Shown here: one piece after another, positions 9,920-20,253 of the stretch
Numbering within the stretch: the first letter of the stretch is position 1
Layout of the letters: each line of letters begins with the position of its first letter
Notes under the pieces: model-generated
Told to the model about the DNA's origin: nothing
What the model saw: only the letters and a program-made list of their open reading frames with translations
The model's database searches: none
Position numbers and translations under genes: made by a program
DNA from: Myxococcota bacterium
GTDB lineage: Bacteria; Myxococcota_A; UBA9160; UBA4427
Reading direction: 5' to 3'
Assembly (NCBI GenBank): GCA_965250285.1
Contig: OZ252299.1
Span: 3,200,001-3,264,000 of the forward strand
Length of the DNA: 64,000 bases

Positions 9920-9967
9920 GACCCTCACGTTGGCAACGTGATGCTCTACCAACTGAGCTACTCGTGC
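9892..9967 (-). tRNA. tRNA-Gly (anticodon GCC)
   Basis: GCACGAGTAGCTCAGTTGGTAGAGCATCACGTTGCCAACGTGAGGGTCGCCAGTTCGAATCTGGTCTCGTGCTCCA; 76-nt cloverleaf with encoded CCA. Confidence 0.97.
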
Positions 9968-9988
9968 TTGAAACGGGTCGGGAGGCAG

Positions 9989-10017
9989 TTTTTAGGGAAG
10001 GGGGTCGGCGGCGTCAA
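9989..10017 (-). promoter_or_regulatory. Sigma70-type promoter of tRNA-Gly
   Basis: TTGACG, 17-nt spacer, TAAAAA on the minus strand, about 20 nt upstream of the tRNA. Confidence 0.55.
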
Positions 10018-10202
10018 CCATCGACGGCGGCTCATTTTTTTCCTTGCTCGCCGAGCCCGGCGGCTCGACCTCTTCGGCCGGGTGGGCCCCGTGGGGTTCG
10101 GGCGGATCGGGCGGATCCGGGGGCGCGCCTTGGCCGATCGGCTGTTCGCCGCAGCTGGCTCGTCCGAGACTGCCGAAGATCGCCACCGCGCCGGCCGCCG
10201 AC

Positions 10203-11519
10203 CTAGAGCTTCGTGACCTTCTCGCCGTCGTGCTCGATACCGGCGGTCGCGTTGCGCGTATCGAAGACGCGCGGCACGTGGCGGATGATGCGCTCGTAGT
10301 CGGTGCCGTCGTGGTCGGTGAGGATCACGGCGATGTCGGTCGCATCGAGCAGCTCGTCGGTCATGTCGACGTTCTTGTAGCGGGCGCCGTCGATCTCGCA
10401 CTCGCTCACGAACGGGTCGTGGTACTTGATCTCGGCGCCGCGTGTCGCCAGCTGTGCGATCACGTCGAGGGCCGGTGACTCGCGCATGTCGCCGACGTTC
10501 TTCTTGTAGGCGATGCCCACGATCAGCACGCGCGCGCCGTTCACCGCGAGGCGGTCTTCGTTCAGCAGCTCGGCCACGCGATCGGTCACGTGCTCGGGCA
10601 TGCGCGAGTTGATCTCGATGGCGAGGTCGATGAAGCGGGCCGGGAAGTTCAGGCTCTTCATCTTCCAGGCGAGATACGAAGGATCGACGGGGATGCAGTG
10701 GCCGCCGAGGCCGGGCCCGGGCAGGAACTTCATGAAGCCGTAGGGCTTCGTCGCCGCCGCCTCGATCACCTCCCAGACGTCGAGGCCGAGGCGCTCGCAC
10801 ATCAGCGCGATCTCGTTGGCGAGGCCGATGTTGATGGCGCGGAACGTATTCTCGAGCAGCTTCACCATCTCGGCCGCCTGGGTCGAGCTGACGGGCACCG
10901 TCTCGTCGAAGACCGTGCCGAAGACCTTGCAGGCGAGCTCGGTGCAGATCGGCGTCTCACCGCCCACCACCTTCGGCACGTTCTGCACCTTGTAGGTCTG
11001 GTTGGCGGGGTCGATGCGCTCGGGCGCGAACGCGAGCGAGAAGTCGCGTCCGACCTTGAGGCCGCTCTCTTCGAGGGCGCCCACGAAGAGGTCGTGGGTC
11101 GTGCCGGGGTAGGTCGTCGAGCCGAGCACGACGAGCTCACCCGGGTGCAGCCGGTCGCGAATCTGCTCGACCGCCTGGGCCATGAACGAGACGTCGGGGT
11201 CCTTCGAGCGCGTGAGCGGCGTGGGCACGCAGACGTTCACGACCTGCACGCCGTGCAGGTCGTCGAAGTCGGTCGAGGCGCGCAGCTTGCCGGCCTCGAC
11301 CATCGCCGCGATGTCCTCGGTCGGAACGTCGCCGATGTACGACTGGCGCTGATTGATGAGCCGCACCTTCTCGGCGTCGATGTCGAAACCGATCACCGAG
11401 AAGCCGGCCTTCGCGAACTCGACGGCGAGCGGCAGGCCCACGTAGCCGAGGCCGATCACGCCGATGCAGGCGCTGCGGTCATCGATCTTGCGGCCGAGCT
11501 CTTCGAGGGGAGCGGACAT
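10203..11519 (-). CDS. Nucleotide-sugar dehydrogenase (UDP-GlcNAc/UDP-ManNAc 6-dehydrogenase type)
   Basis: GLGYVGLPLA, CVPTP, STTYPGTT, PERIDP, KLLENTFRAINI, PGPGLGGHCIPVDP, AYKKNVGDMRESP; start MSAPLEEL. Confidence 0.93.
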   Translation of the reverse strand: MSAPLEELGRKIDDRSACIGVIGLGYVGLPLAVEFAKAGFSVIGFDIDAEKVRLINQRQSYIGDVPTEDIAAMVEAGKLRASTDFDDLHGVQVVNVCVPTPLTRSKDPDVSFMAQAVEQIRDRLHPGELVVLGSTTYPGTTHDLFVGALEESGLKVGRDFSLAFAPERIDPANQTYKVQNVPKVVGGETPICTELACKVFGTVFDETVPVSSTQAAEMVKLLENTFRAINIGLANEIALMCERLGLDVWEVIEAAATKPYGFMKFLPGPGLGGHCIPVDPSYLAWKMKSLNFPARFIDLAIEINSRMPEHVTDRVAELLNEDRLAVNGARVLIVGIAYKKNVGDMRESPALDVIAQLATRGAEIKYHDPFVSECEIDGARYKNVDMTDELLDATDIAVILTDHDGTDYERIIRHVPRVFDTRNATAGIEHDGEKVTKL

Positions 11520-11599
11520 GAGAAGGGACTCCTGGGGAGCCGGGTCTTCACCCGGGCGTTCAGGGATGAGTAACCGGTGGGGGACGGGCGGTGACGCCC

Positions 11600-12331
11600 T
11601 CAGGCCTCGTTTCCGAAATAATCGGAGAAGTACACCCAGCCCGACCAGAGGGTCAGGACCGAGGCCGCGAACAGCAGCACGAGCCCCAGCATGTGCGAGT
11701 CGATGCCGATCGTCGTGTAGTGGAAGAGCAGCGCGCCGACGGCGACGTTCTGCACGAAGGCCTTGAGCTTGCCCTGCCAGGCGGCGCCGACCGCGTGACC
11801 GTCGGTCGAGGCCATGCCCCGCAGGCCGGTCACCGCGAGCTCGCGGCCCACGATCACCACGACCATCCAGGCCGCCTCGACCGGGATGCGCCCGGCCGCC
11901 AGCAGCATGATGAGGGCCGTGCTGACGAGCAGCTTGTCGGCGAGGGGATCGAGCAGCTTGCCGAGTCGCGTGATGCCCTCGCCCCCGCCGCGCCGGGCGA
12001 GCCAGCCGTCGACCAGATCGGACACCGCCGCCACGATGAAGCACCAGGCCATGACCTGACTGCCGAACTTGGTCATGAAGAAGGGGAACGGGATCAGCAG
12101 CATCACCGGCACCATGGCGATGCGCGCGAACGTGATCGCGTTCGGCAGGTTCCAGATGACCTCGCGGCCCTGGCGCGTGCCGGCGAACTCGGAGCGACCC
12201 GACTCGGCGGCCGGCGGCACCACGGGATCGACCGTGGGCGGCAAGGCGCCCGGCGCCTGGGAGGCGTCTTCACCCGCAGTGGGGGCGATCGGCTGGGTGC
12301 TCTGGTCGGGCGGCAAGGGCTCCCGCTCCAT
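11600..12331 (-). CDS. pgsA: CDP-diacylglycerol--glycerol-3-phosphate 3-phosphatidyltransferase
   Basis: NLPNAITFARI, DLVDGWLAR..T.LGKLLDPLADK, RELAVTGLR, GKLK. Confidence 0.92.
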   Translation of the reverse strand: MEREPLPPDQSTQPIAPTAGEDASQAPGALPPTVDPVVPPAAESGRSEFAGTRQGREVIWNLPNAITFARIAMVPVMLLIPFPFFMTKFGSQVMAWCFIVAAVSDLVDGWLARRGGGEGITRLGKLLDPLADKLLVSTALIMLLAAGRIPVEAAWMVVVIVGRELAVTGLRGMASTDGHAVGAAWQGKLKAFVQNVAVGALLFHYTTIGIDSHMLGLVLLFAASVLTLWSGWVYFSDYFGNEA

Positions 12332-12460
12332 CCCGGGCCGGCCGCGGCCCGGTGGTGATGCGCTGGTTGGCCAGCGGTCGACTCGATTTGCCGAGATCGG
12401 CCTCTCTGGCGCTTCTGGCGCTTCTGGCGGCGAGATCGGCGATCGCCCGTCGCCGTGCGG

Positions 12461-13114
12461 CTAGCGGCTCGCGAACTCGCGCAGGTAGCCGCGATAGTAA
12501 TCCAGAACCCGCACGACGTAAGCCTGGGTCTCGCGGTACGGAGGAATCCCGTCGTAGCGGTCGACGGCGGTCGGGCCGGCGTTGTACGCCGCGAGCGCGC
12601 GGTGGACGTCGCCGTAGCGGTCGAGCATGGCCCGCAGGTATCGCACGCCGCCGTCGATGTTCTCGGCCGCTTCGAACGGGGCGACGACACCCATCTCGTC
12701 GGCGGTGGCGGGCATCAGCTGCATCAGCCCCTGGGCCCCCGCGCGGCTGACGGCGTTCGGGTCGAAGGCCGACTCGGCGGCGATCACCGCCTTCACGAGG
12801 GCCGGCTCGACGCCGTGGCGGCGCCCGAGATAGTGGATCAACGCGTCGTAGGTGTCGTCCGCCGGCGCTCGCTGGCGACGCGGCTTCGCGAGCGAGGCCC
12901 CGCGGCGGCCGCGCGGCACACGCACCTCGCGGTACCGCCGGTCGGTGGGTCGGTCGCTGAAGTGCAGCACGCCGCGCTCGTCGATGTAGGTAAAGATGCC
13001 GCTACCGGCTTCGGCCGGCGTCGCTCCGCCCAGCACGAGCCCGACGCACACCGCCACCCAAGCGAGCGAGCGCACGGCGAGCCGGCGAGATCGATGCGTC
13101 GTGGGCGGGGACAC
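12461..13114 (-). CDS. Lytic transglycosylase (SLT domain) with N-terminal DUF4124-like segment
   Basis: Signal peptide; IFTYIDERGVLHFSDRP; AVIAAESAFDPNAVS.AGAQGLMQLMP, ALAAYNAG, PPYRETQAYV. Confidence 0.92.
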   Translation of the reverse strand: MSPPTTHRSRRLAVRSLAWVAVCVGLVLGGATPAEAGSGIFTYIDERGVLHFSDRPTDRRYREVRVPRGRRGASLAKPRRQRAPADDTYDALIHYLGRRHGVEPALVKAVIAAESAFDPNAVSRAGAQGLMQLMPATADEMGVVAPFEAAENIDGGVRYLRAMLDRYGDVHRALAAYNAGPTAVDRYDGIPPYRETQAYVVRVLDYYRGYLREFASR

Positions 13115-13386
13115 GGGGCGGCGACTCCATCGAGGGCGCGGCGCTCGCGCCGCGGTTTCGCGCGTCGGATGAGGCGGACTTGCCCCGCGGGAATCGACCC
13201 TGGGCCATCGTCCCGTTAGACTCGCGTTTGATTCGTGATCCTTCTCCTATCGGAGCCCTCGCGAATCGGCCTGAGTCCCCTTCGCCCCCTCTTTGCTTCG
13301 CCTCGGTTCTCACGCCTGTGTCACACTGAGCGTCCCCGAGGGCACACCGACCTCGATGCCCGCTCCCCCCGGCCGGGCCCGCCACG

Positions 13387-15042
13387 ATGAGCACGTCCCC
13401 GATGACCGATCCTCAGCGATTCGACTTTCTCGTGCTCGGCAGCGGCCTCGCCGGCCTGCACTTCGCGCTGCGCGTGGCCGACCAGGGCGAGGTCGCGATC
13501 GTCACGAAGCGGCTCAGCAGCGAGGGGGCCACGAGCTGGGCCCAGGGCGGCATCGCTGCCGTCATGGCCGAGAGCGACAGCTTCGATGCACACGTGCGCG
13601 ACACGCTCGATGCCGGCGCCGGGCTGTGCGACGAAGACGTCGCGCGCTTCGTCGTCGAACGCGGTCCCGAGGCGATCGATGCGCTGCTCAAGTGGGGCGT
13701 CGAGTTCGACCGCCACGAAGATCCGGCCGTCGTCGAAGCCAACCAGACCCCCTTCGACCTTGGCAAGGAAGGCGCGCACAGCTTTCGCCGCATCCTGCAC
13801 GCCGCCGATGCGACCGGGCGCGCGATCAGCGAGAGCCTGCTCGCCCGTGCGCGGGCGAACCCGCGCATCCACTTCTTCGAGAATCACTGCGCCGTCGATC
13901 TACTGACGTCGCACAAGTCGGGCCGCACCGAGGCGAACCGCGCGCTCGGCGCCTACGTACTCGACGCGGGCACGGGCGAGGTGGTGCGTTTTCAGGCGCC
14001 GATCACGCTGCTCGCCACCGGCGGCGCGGGCAAGGTCTACCTCTACACGTCGAACCCCGACGTCGCGTCGGGCGACGGCATCGCGATGGCGTACCGCGCC
14101 GGCGCCACCGTCGCGAACATGGAGTTCATGCAGTTCCACCCGACCTGCCTCTACCACCCCGAGGCGAAGTCGTTCCTCATCACCGAGGCCGTGCGGGGCG
14201 AAGGCGGCGTGCTGCGCAGCGAATCGGGCGAGCCCTTCATGTCGAAGTACCACCCGCTGCGCGACCTCGCGCCCCGCGACGTGGTCGCCCGGGCCATCGA
14301 CACCGAGCTCAAGCGTTCGGGCGACGACTACGTGCTGCTCGACATCACGCACAAGCCGGCCGACTTCATCCGCAAGCGCTTTCCGACGATCCACCGGCGC
14401 TGCCTCGAGTTCGGTATCGACATGACCGAACGACCGATCCCCGTGGTGCCCGCCGCGCACTACTGCTGCGGCGGCGTGCGGACGAACCTGTCGGGCGAGA
14501 CCGACCTGCCCAACCTCTTCGCCGCGGGCGAGGTGACGAGCACCGGCCTGCACGGCGCAAACCGCCTGGCTTCGAACTCGCTGCTCGAGGCGATCGTCTT
14601 TGCCGAGGCCGCCGCGACGTCGGCCATCGAGCGCCACGGCGACGTCGAGATGCCCGAAGACGTCGCCCCCTGGCGCCACGGTGACGCGATCGAGAGCCAC
14701 GAAGCAGTGATCATCACGCAGAACTGGGACGAGATTCGGCGCTTCATGTGGAACTTCGTCGGCATCGTCCGCAGCGACCGGCGCCTCGCGCGCGCGTTCC
14801 ACCGCATCGAGATGCTCGACGACGAGATCAACCAGTACTACTGGAACTACCGTCTCACGCCCGATCTGGTCGAGCTGCGCAACCTCGCGGTCGTCGCCCG
14901 ACTCGTGGTCGAGTCGGCGCGGTTCCGCGACGAGAGTCGCGGCCTGCACTACAACCTCGACCATCCGAACCGCGACGACGGCCGATTCGCCTCCGACACG
15001 CTGATGCAGCGCGGCGAAGGGCCGCGGATCCGGCCGCGCTGA
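13387..15042 (+). CDS. nadB: L-aspartate oxidase
   Basis: [72 protein letters not shown]. Confidence 0.96.
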   Translation: MSTSPMTDPQRFDFLVLGSGLAGLHFALRVADQGEVAIVTKRLSSEGATSWAQGGIAAVMAESDSFDAHVRDTLDAGAGLCDEDVARFVVERGPEAIDALLKWGVEFDRHEDPAVVEANQTPFDLGKEGAHSFRRILHAADATGRAISESLLARARANPRIHFFENHCAVDLLTSHKSGRTEANRALGAYVLDAGTGEVVRFQAPITLLATGGAGKVYLYTSNPDVASGDGIAMAYRAGATVANMEFMQFHPTCLYHPEAKSFLITEAVRGEGGVLRSESGEPFMSKYHPLRDLAPRDVVARAIDTELKRSGDDYVLLDITHKPADFIRKRFPTIHRRCLEFGIDMTERPIPVVPAAHYCCGGVRTNLSGETDLPNLFAAGEVTSTGLHGANRLASNSLLEAIVFAEAAATSAIERHGDVEMPEDVAPWRHGDAIESHEAVIITQNWDEIRRFMWNFVGIVRSDRRLARAFHRIEMLDDEINQYYWNYRLTPDLVELRNLAVVARLVVESARFRDESRGLHYNLDHPNRDDGRFASDTLMQRGEGPRIRPR

Positions 15043-15064
15043 GCCCGGCCCCCGCTTCGACCCG

Positions 15065-17005
15065 ATGAAAGCAGACGGTGGCTTCGCGGCGACGTGCGCG
15101 CTGATGCTCGTGCTCTGCTGCTGCGTCTTCGGCTGCGCGTCGAAGGCCCCACCCGAGACGGCAGCGGCCCCCGAGCGCAGTCGGGTGCTTGCATCGCTGC
15201 CGAGCAGCGAGGCGGCCGAGCGCGAGCGAGCGGCGCGCCGCTCCGTGCAGGATGCGAGGGCGTTCCTCATGCAGGGCCGGCCCGAGGCGGCGCTGCGTGC
15301 GACCACCCGCGGCCTGCTCGCTCGCCCCGACGACGCGGCGCTGCTGCGCGAGCGGGCAAGGGCGCTGACGTGGCTCGGTCGCGTGGCCGAGGCCGAGACG
15401 GCCCAGGCGAATGCCGATCGACTCGATCCGCCCGCCCCACCCTTGCCCGATACGCCCCGCGCCGGCGCCTTCGACGATCTGCTGATCGTGCTGCAGGCGC
15501 CCGATATCGACCTCGGCTCAGAGCGTGCCGTCGCCGATGCGCGCGCGGCCCGCGCAGGAAGGCCGGCCCTCGTTGCGCGCTTGCGCACCCGACTCCCCGG
15601 CGTCGCTCTCGTCGAAGAAGCAAAGGCCGGCACCGACACCGTGCCCGACGCACGCGCCTGGCTCGTCGCTGCCGGTCGACCTCGCATCGCGGGCGTGCGC
15701 ATCGTGCGCGCGCTCTGCGGCGAGTCGGTCAAGGATGGGCGCTACGCCATCGCCAGCCTGCACCGCACCGAAGCGAGCCCGGCAGCGGCCACACCCGTCG
15801 ATGGCCCGGTGCGCTTCAGCGGCGCGCGCGAAGCCGACGACGCGGCGATCTGCGCGGAGCACGCGCTGGCCCGGGCTCTCGAGCGCTGGCTCGCATCGCC
15901 CTTCTTCGATGCGGGGACCGCGTCGCCTCAGTCTGCGGATGTCGCCGCTCCGGCCCCGCGGCCCGCGACGCCCGATCGTGAAACGGTGCTCGCCCTGATG
16001 CCGGGTCTCCGCGGGCGCATCGAGGCCGAGCACGCCTCGGCGCGGCGTGCCCTCTTCGTGGGCGACCTCGAGCGGGCGCGCGCCGCCTACACGCGCATTC
16101 GCACGCTCGACCCCGAAGACACCGACGTCACGGCGCACCTCGAAGAGATCGACGCGACGATCGAGCTCGGCCGCGAGCTCGCGGCGCTCGAAGCCGCCCA
16201 GCGAGGCGACGCTGCGGCGCCGCGCGCCCAAGACGCCCAGGCGGGGCTTCCGCCGGCGCTGACGCCAGCTCAGCGTGCGGCCCTCGAGGCCCAGCTCGAA
16301 GACGAGCGCCGCCGACGCGACGATCTGCTCGCCACCCTGGCCACCGTCAGCGGGGACCGGCGCGCCGCGCACGTGCCCGAGGCCGCGCTCCGCTCGACCG
16401 ACGTCGTCGATCCGCAGGCACCGGGCGTGCGCCGCGCGCTGGCGGCGCTCGAGTCGGGGGCCCCAGGCGGACCGATCGTCCCGGATCGGCTCCGGGTGAA
16501 GACGCTGCACGCGCCGAGCGGCGCGCTCCTCGCCCGCTACTACTTCGACGCACATGCCACGGCGCAGACCGTTGATGCACCGGCGCCGCCGCTCCTCGTC
16601 GAAGAAGACGTGAGCGGCGATGGCCAGCTCGATCGCTGGACGAGCTACCGAGACGGGATCCGCACGGCCGTCTGGGAGCAGCGTCGCGGCGACGACCTGC
16701 CCGATCTGCACGTGCACTACGACGCCGACGGCAGGTCGCCCGAGCGGCTCGAGCTCGATGCCGGGCTCGACGGTCGGCCCGACCGCGTGTACGAGTACGA
16801 GCGGGGCCGTCTGGTGCGCGCGGCCCGGGATACGAATGACGACGGAATCCCCGACCGATTCGATACGTTCGACGCCGACGGCCGCGTCGCCCTGCGCGAA
16901 GAAGACCTCACGGGCGACGGCCAGATCGATATCCGCACCACCTTCGTCGAAGGGCGTCTCGTGAAGCGCGAGCTGATGGATCCGGAGACCGTGATCGCGA
17001 GATGA
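15065..17005 (+). CDS. Hypothetical lipoprotein with TPR-like helices and C-terminal DxxGDG repeats
   Basis: Lipobox VFGC; TPR-like segments; repeats DVSGDGQLDRW, DAGLDGRPDRV, DTNDDGIPDRF, DLTGDGQIDIR. Confidence 0.65.
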   Translation: MKADGGFAATCALMLVLCCCVFGCASKAPPETAAAPERSRVLASLPSSEAAERERAARRSVQDARAFLMQGRPEAALRATTRGLLARPDDAALLRERARALTWLGRVAEAETAQANADRLDPPAPPLPDTPRAGAFDDLLIVLQAPDIDLGSERAVADARAARAGRPALVARLRTRLPGVALVEEAKAGTDTVPDARAWLVAAGRPRIAGVRIVRALCGESVKDGRYAIASLHRTEASPAAATPVDGPVRFSGAREADDAAICAEHALARALERWLASPFFDAGTASPQSADVAAPAPRPATPDRETVLALMPGLRGRIEAEHASARRALFVGDLERARAAYTRIRTLDPEDTDVTAHLEEIDATIELGRELAALEAAQRGDAAAPRAQDAQAGLPPALTPAQRAALEAQLEDERRRRDDLLATLATVSGDRRAAHVPEAALRSTDVVDPQAPGVRRALAALESGAPGGPIVPDRLRVKTLHAPSGALLARYYFDAHATAQTVDAPAPPLLVEEDVSGDGQLDRWTSYRDGIRTAVWEQRRGDDLPDLHVHYDADGRSPERLELDAGLDGRPDRVYEYERGRLVRAARDTNDDGIPDRFDTFDADGRVALREEDLTGDGQIDIRTTFVEGRLVKRELMDPETVIAR

Positions 17006-18081
17006 GACACCGCCCGCCCCGTTCACCCACGCGGCGAGTCGCGCACGCGCTCGTGTGCGGCGGGCTCGCGCTTGGCCTGTTCGTCTGCGCCGCGCTCACC
17101 GCCGAGCCGGCGCGCGCCGTCATCGTCGACTCCGGCGATGGCGCGGGCAACATCGATCCGCCCGACGACCTGCCCTGGTGGGATCACGTCAACGAACGGC
17201 TCGGCGGCACCACGATCATCTACCTCGGTCATGGCTGGGTGCTGACGGCCCGGCACGTCGGGATGGGCAGCCTGCTGATCGGAGGCAAGCGCTTCGAGCC
17301 CGACCCCGAGACCCTCATCGAGTTCGGCGAACCAGGTCGCCCCGCCGACCTGATCGCGTTCCGCCTCAAGGCCGATCGCGTCTGGCCCGACCTGCCGCTG
17401 CTGCCGATCAGCGAGGTGACACCAGCGCGCGGTGAAGAGGTGCTGATGGTCGGCAACGGGCGCAACCGCGGCAAGCGGCTGCGCGCCCGCCGCGAGGGCG
17501 AGACGCGCGCGACCGGCTGGAGCTGGGGCCCCGGATCGAAGAAGCGCTGGGGGACGAACTCGGTCGACCTGGTCGACCAGGTCATCGAGCACTCCGATAC
17601 GTCGACGCCCTCGTTCGCGACGCGCTTCGAGTCGATCTTCATGGGCGACACGACCATGCACGAGGCGCAGGCGGCGAGCGGCGACAGCGGCGGCGCCGTG
17701 TTCAAGCGCGTCGACCCCGATGATCCCGAGAGCGAGTGGGTGCTCGCCGGCGTGATGTTCACCGTGCGTCATCCCTACGGCGGCCCCGACAAGGCTGCGC
17801 TCTACGGCGACTTCACCTACATCGTCGACGTGGCGCGGTACCGCGACGAGCTGATCGCGGCCGTGCGTCCGGTCTGTGCGAACGAGCGCGACGACGACGG
17901 CGATGGCCTGATCGACCACCCCGACGATCCCGACTGCGTGAGCCCGTTCACCCTCGACGAGGGCAGCGGTGAGGTCGGCCCCGGCCGGTGGACGCTGTTG
18001 CAGGTTCAGATTGTGTCGATCGCGGCGGTCGCGCTGTTCGGCCTCATGATGCTGACGGTTGCGCTCTGGCCGCGGCGCTGA
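17002..18081 (+). CDS. Exported trypsin-like serine protease with C-terminal membrane anchor
   Basis: Signal ending ARA; WVLTARH, ADL, SGDSGG; CANERDDDGDGLIDHPDDPDC motif; terminal hydrophobic helix followed by RR. Confidence 0.8.
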   Translation: MRHRPPRSPTRRVAHALVCGGLALGLFVCAALTAEPARAVIVDSGDGAGNIDPPDDLPWWDHVNERLGGTTIIYLGHGWVLTARHVGMGSLLIGGKRFEPDPETLIEFGEPGRPADLIAFRLKADRVWPDLPLLPISEVTPARGEEVLMVGNGRNRGKRLRARREGETRATGWSWGPGSKKRWGTNSVDLVDQVIEHSDTSTPSFATRFESIFMGDTTMHEAQAASGDSGGAVFKRVDPDDPESEWVLAGVMFTVRHPYGGPDKAALYGDFTYIVDVARYRDELIAAVRPVCANERDDDGDGLIDHPDDPDCVSPFTLDEGSGEVGPGRWTLLQVQIVSIAAVALFGLMMLTVALWPRR

Positions 18082-18121
18082 CGCCACGGGCCGCTCACAC
18101 CGACCGGCGCTTCGCCATCGA

Positions 18122-18901
18122 TCACTCGGGTGTGACGTAGGCGGCGTTGATGCCGCCGTCGACGAGAAACGTCGTCCCGGTCACGTACGACGCCTCGTCG
18201 CTCGCGAGAAAGAGCGTCGCGTTCGCGATCTCGTCGGCCTCGGCGAGCCGACCGAGCGGGATATGGACGAGGCGGCGCGCGCGCTGCGCGGGGTCGGCGA
18301 GGAACTCTTCGAGCAGCGGCGTGTTGACCGGCCCCGGGCAGAGCGCGTTGGCCCGCACCCCCTGGCGCGCGTACTCCACCGCGATCTCGCGGGTCATCGC
18401 GAGCACGGCCCCCTTGCTCGCCGTGTAGGCGATCTGCGAAGTCGCCGCGCCGACCACGGCGACGAACGACGCGGTGTTGATGATCGAGCCGCCGCCCGAC
18501 TCGAGCATGGCCGGCAGGCCGTGCTTGCAGCCGAGGAACACGCCCTTGGCGTTCACGTCCATCACGAGATCCCAGGTGGCGAGCGGCGTGTCGACCGGCG
18601 AGCCGTCGTCTTCGGGGAAGATGCCCGCGTTGTTGAAGAGCACGTGCAACCCGCCGAGCTCGCGCGTGCAGGCCGCGACCGCGGCCTGCACCTGGTCGTC
18701 GACCGTGACGTCGCAGGCGACGTCGATGGCGCGCCCCCCGGCATCGCGAATCTGCTCTGCGGTGTGGCGGCCGGCATCGGCGTCGCGGTCGCAGACCGCC
18801 ACGGCGGCGCCCTCCGCTGCGAAGAGCAGCGCCGTCTTGAGGCCGATGCCGCTGCCCGCGCCGGTGATCAGCGCCGCCTTGCCTTCGAGTCGCTTCGTCA
18901 T
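18122..18901 (-). CDS. Short-chain dehydrogenase/reductase
   Basis: TGAGSGIG, NNAGI, YTASKG, ALCPGPVNTP; start MTKRLEGK overlaps the upstream stop codon. Confidence 0.93.
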   Translation of the reverse strand: MTKRLEGKAALITGAGSGIGLKTALLFAAEGAAVAVCDRDADAGRHTAEQIRDAGGRAIDVACDVTVDDQVQAAVAACTRELGGLHVLFNNAGIFPEDDGSPVDTPLATWDLVMDVNAKGVFLGCKHGLPAMLESGGGSIINTASFVAVVGAATSQIAYTASKGAVLAMTREIAVEYARQGVRANALCPGPVNTPLLEEFLADPAQRARRLVHIPLGRLAEADEIANATLFLASDEASYVTGTTFLVDGGINAAYVTPE

Positions 18902-19509
18902 GCGGGGTCTTCCCAGCTGGTGACGGCCGTGCAGAGGCCGTCGATCAAGGTGTGCAGGTCGGGGCTGCGCGAGATCCCCTCGTGATCCGACCAGCCCCAC
19001 TCCTTGCGATTCCACCGGATGGTCGGCGGCAGCTCGATCTGCACGCCCGACTCGGGCGGTCGGTTGACCGGGTTGCGTGGATGCTGCCCACGCAGCTCCT
19101 TCGGGATCGTCTCGAGGTCGTCGACGACCTGATAGGGGGCGCGCAGCACGTCGCGCAGATGTTCGGAGATGTGGGCGGCGAGCGTGCGATTGCGCCCGCC
19201 GACGAGCAGATGGTGCCAGGACGTCTCGCGACCGTAGCCGTGGATCGAGATCGCGACGTCGACGTGCCCGAGAAACCGAGCGAGCGCGTCCGATTCGGCC
19301 GGGTCGAAGGCGAGCGACGAGATGTGGCGGCGAAGCGGCGCGCGCTGCAGCACCGCGTAGAGCGAAGAACCGGTGCGCTCGGCCACCTCGCGGGCGACCG
19401 CGTCGGTGCTGCGTTCGAGGTTGCCCCCGTGGTACGCCATCAAGCCGATGCGACCGCGCAGCTCGCACACTTCGGTCACGTCGGGATGGGCGAGCAGGGC
19501 AGCCAGCAT
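18898..19509 (-). CDS. Poly-gamma-glutamate hydrolase-like (PghP/DUF867) Zn peptidase
   Basis: AYHGGNLE..T, HISS..FD, ISIHG, LRGQHPRNPVNR, GVQIEL. Confidence 0.8.
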   Translation of the reverse strand: MLAALLAHPDVTEVCELRGRIGLMAYHGGNLERSTDAVAREVAERTGSSLYAVLQRAPLRRHISSLAFDPAESDALARFLGHVDVAISIHGYGRETSWHHLLVGGRNRTLAAHISEHLRDVLRAPYQVVDDLETIPKELRGQHPRNPVNRPPESGVQIELPPTIRWNRKEWGWSDHEGISRSPDLHTLIDGLCTAVTSWEDPA

Positions 19510-19516
19510 CCGTCGT

Positions 19517-19939
19517 CTACTCCGCCACCTCGGCGTGGCCGAGACCGCGGAGCGCGTCGCGCACGCGCACCGCGGCGGCAGCGAGCGCGTCCTGCCCGAC
19601 CGACGCATCGGCCCGACTGAAGTTGACGTCGCCCTCGCTGTCGATCGGCACCACGTGGACGTGCACGTGGGGCACCTCCATGCCCAGCACCATCGTCGCG
19701 ACCCGCGCTGGCTCGAAGGCCTGCATCAGGGCCTGCCCGACCTTCTGCGCGACGCGCGTGAGGTGCGCGTTGATTTCAGGGTCGAGGTCGAGCCAGTGAT
19801 CGACCTCGGCGCGCGGCACCACGAGGCAGTGCCCCGGCTTGAGTGGCGCGATCGAGAGAAAGACGACGCAGTGCTCGTCCTTCCAGACGAAGTGCGCCGG
19901 CAGCGCCCCTTCGATGATCTTCGTGAAGATCGTCGGCAT
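19517..19939 (-). CDS. HIT family protein
   Basis: [21 protein letters not shown], histidine triad [17 protein letters not shown]. Confidence 0.93.
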   Translation of the reverse strand: MPTIFTKIIEGALPAHFVWKDEHCVVFLSIAPLKPGHCLVVPRAEVDHWLDLDPEINAHLTRVAQKVGQALMQAFEPARVATMVLGMEVPHVHVHVVPIDSEGDVNFSRADASVGQDALAAAAVRVRDALRGLGHAEVAE

Positions 19940-20253
19940 GCTTGCTGTGCTCCCTTGCTCCCGCGCGGCGCGGTGGGTGGCGTATCTCGGGCGGCTTCCG
20001 ACGTGTCCGAAACGCGGCGAGCGAGCCCCGGCGCACCGGCAAAAGTGCCGCAACGCCGGAGAGTTGCGCCACCCCTCGACGTGACGTTCCCGGCGCGGGC
20101 CACACGCACCGGCAGGCCGCACTCTGCTACGCTGCACGTCTCGCGGGCGCGCCCCCCGCGGCGATCATCCAAACGTCTTCAACCGCAGCGCGCGGGACCG
20201 ATCTCGGCCCGCAGCCGCGATCCCCACTCGGGGACCGACAAGGGAGCACCCAC

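Noticed and set aside
9993..10007. 13/15 match to the cas1-downstream repeat motif
   Set aside because: It lies in the tRNA promoter spacer about 37 kb away across core genes; chance similarity.
9586..10216. ORFs of 206 aa and 109 aa with internal repeats
   Set aside because: They are antisense translations of the tRNA and its tandem repeats.
12405..12430. Short tandem repeat of tctggcgct
   Set aside because: Fewer than three full copies in an intergenic gap; no evidence of function.
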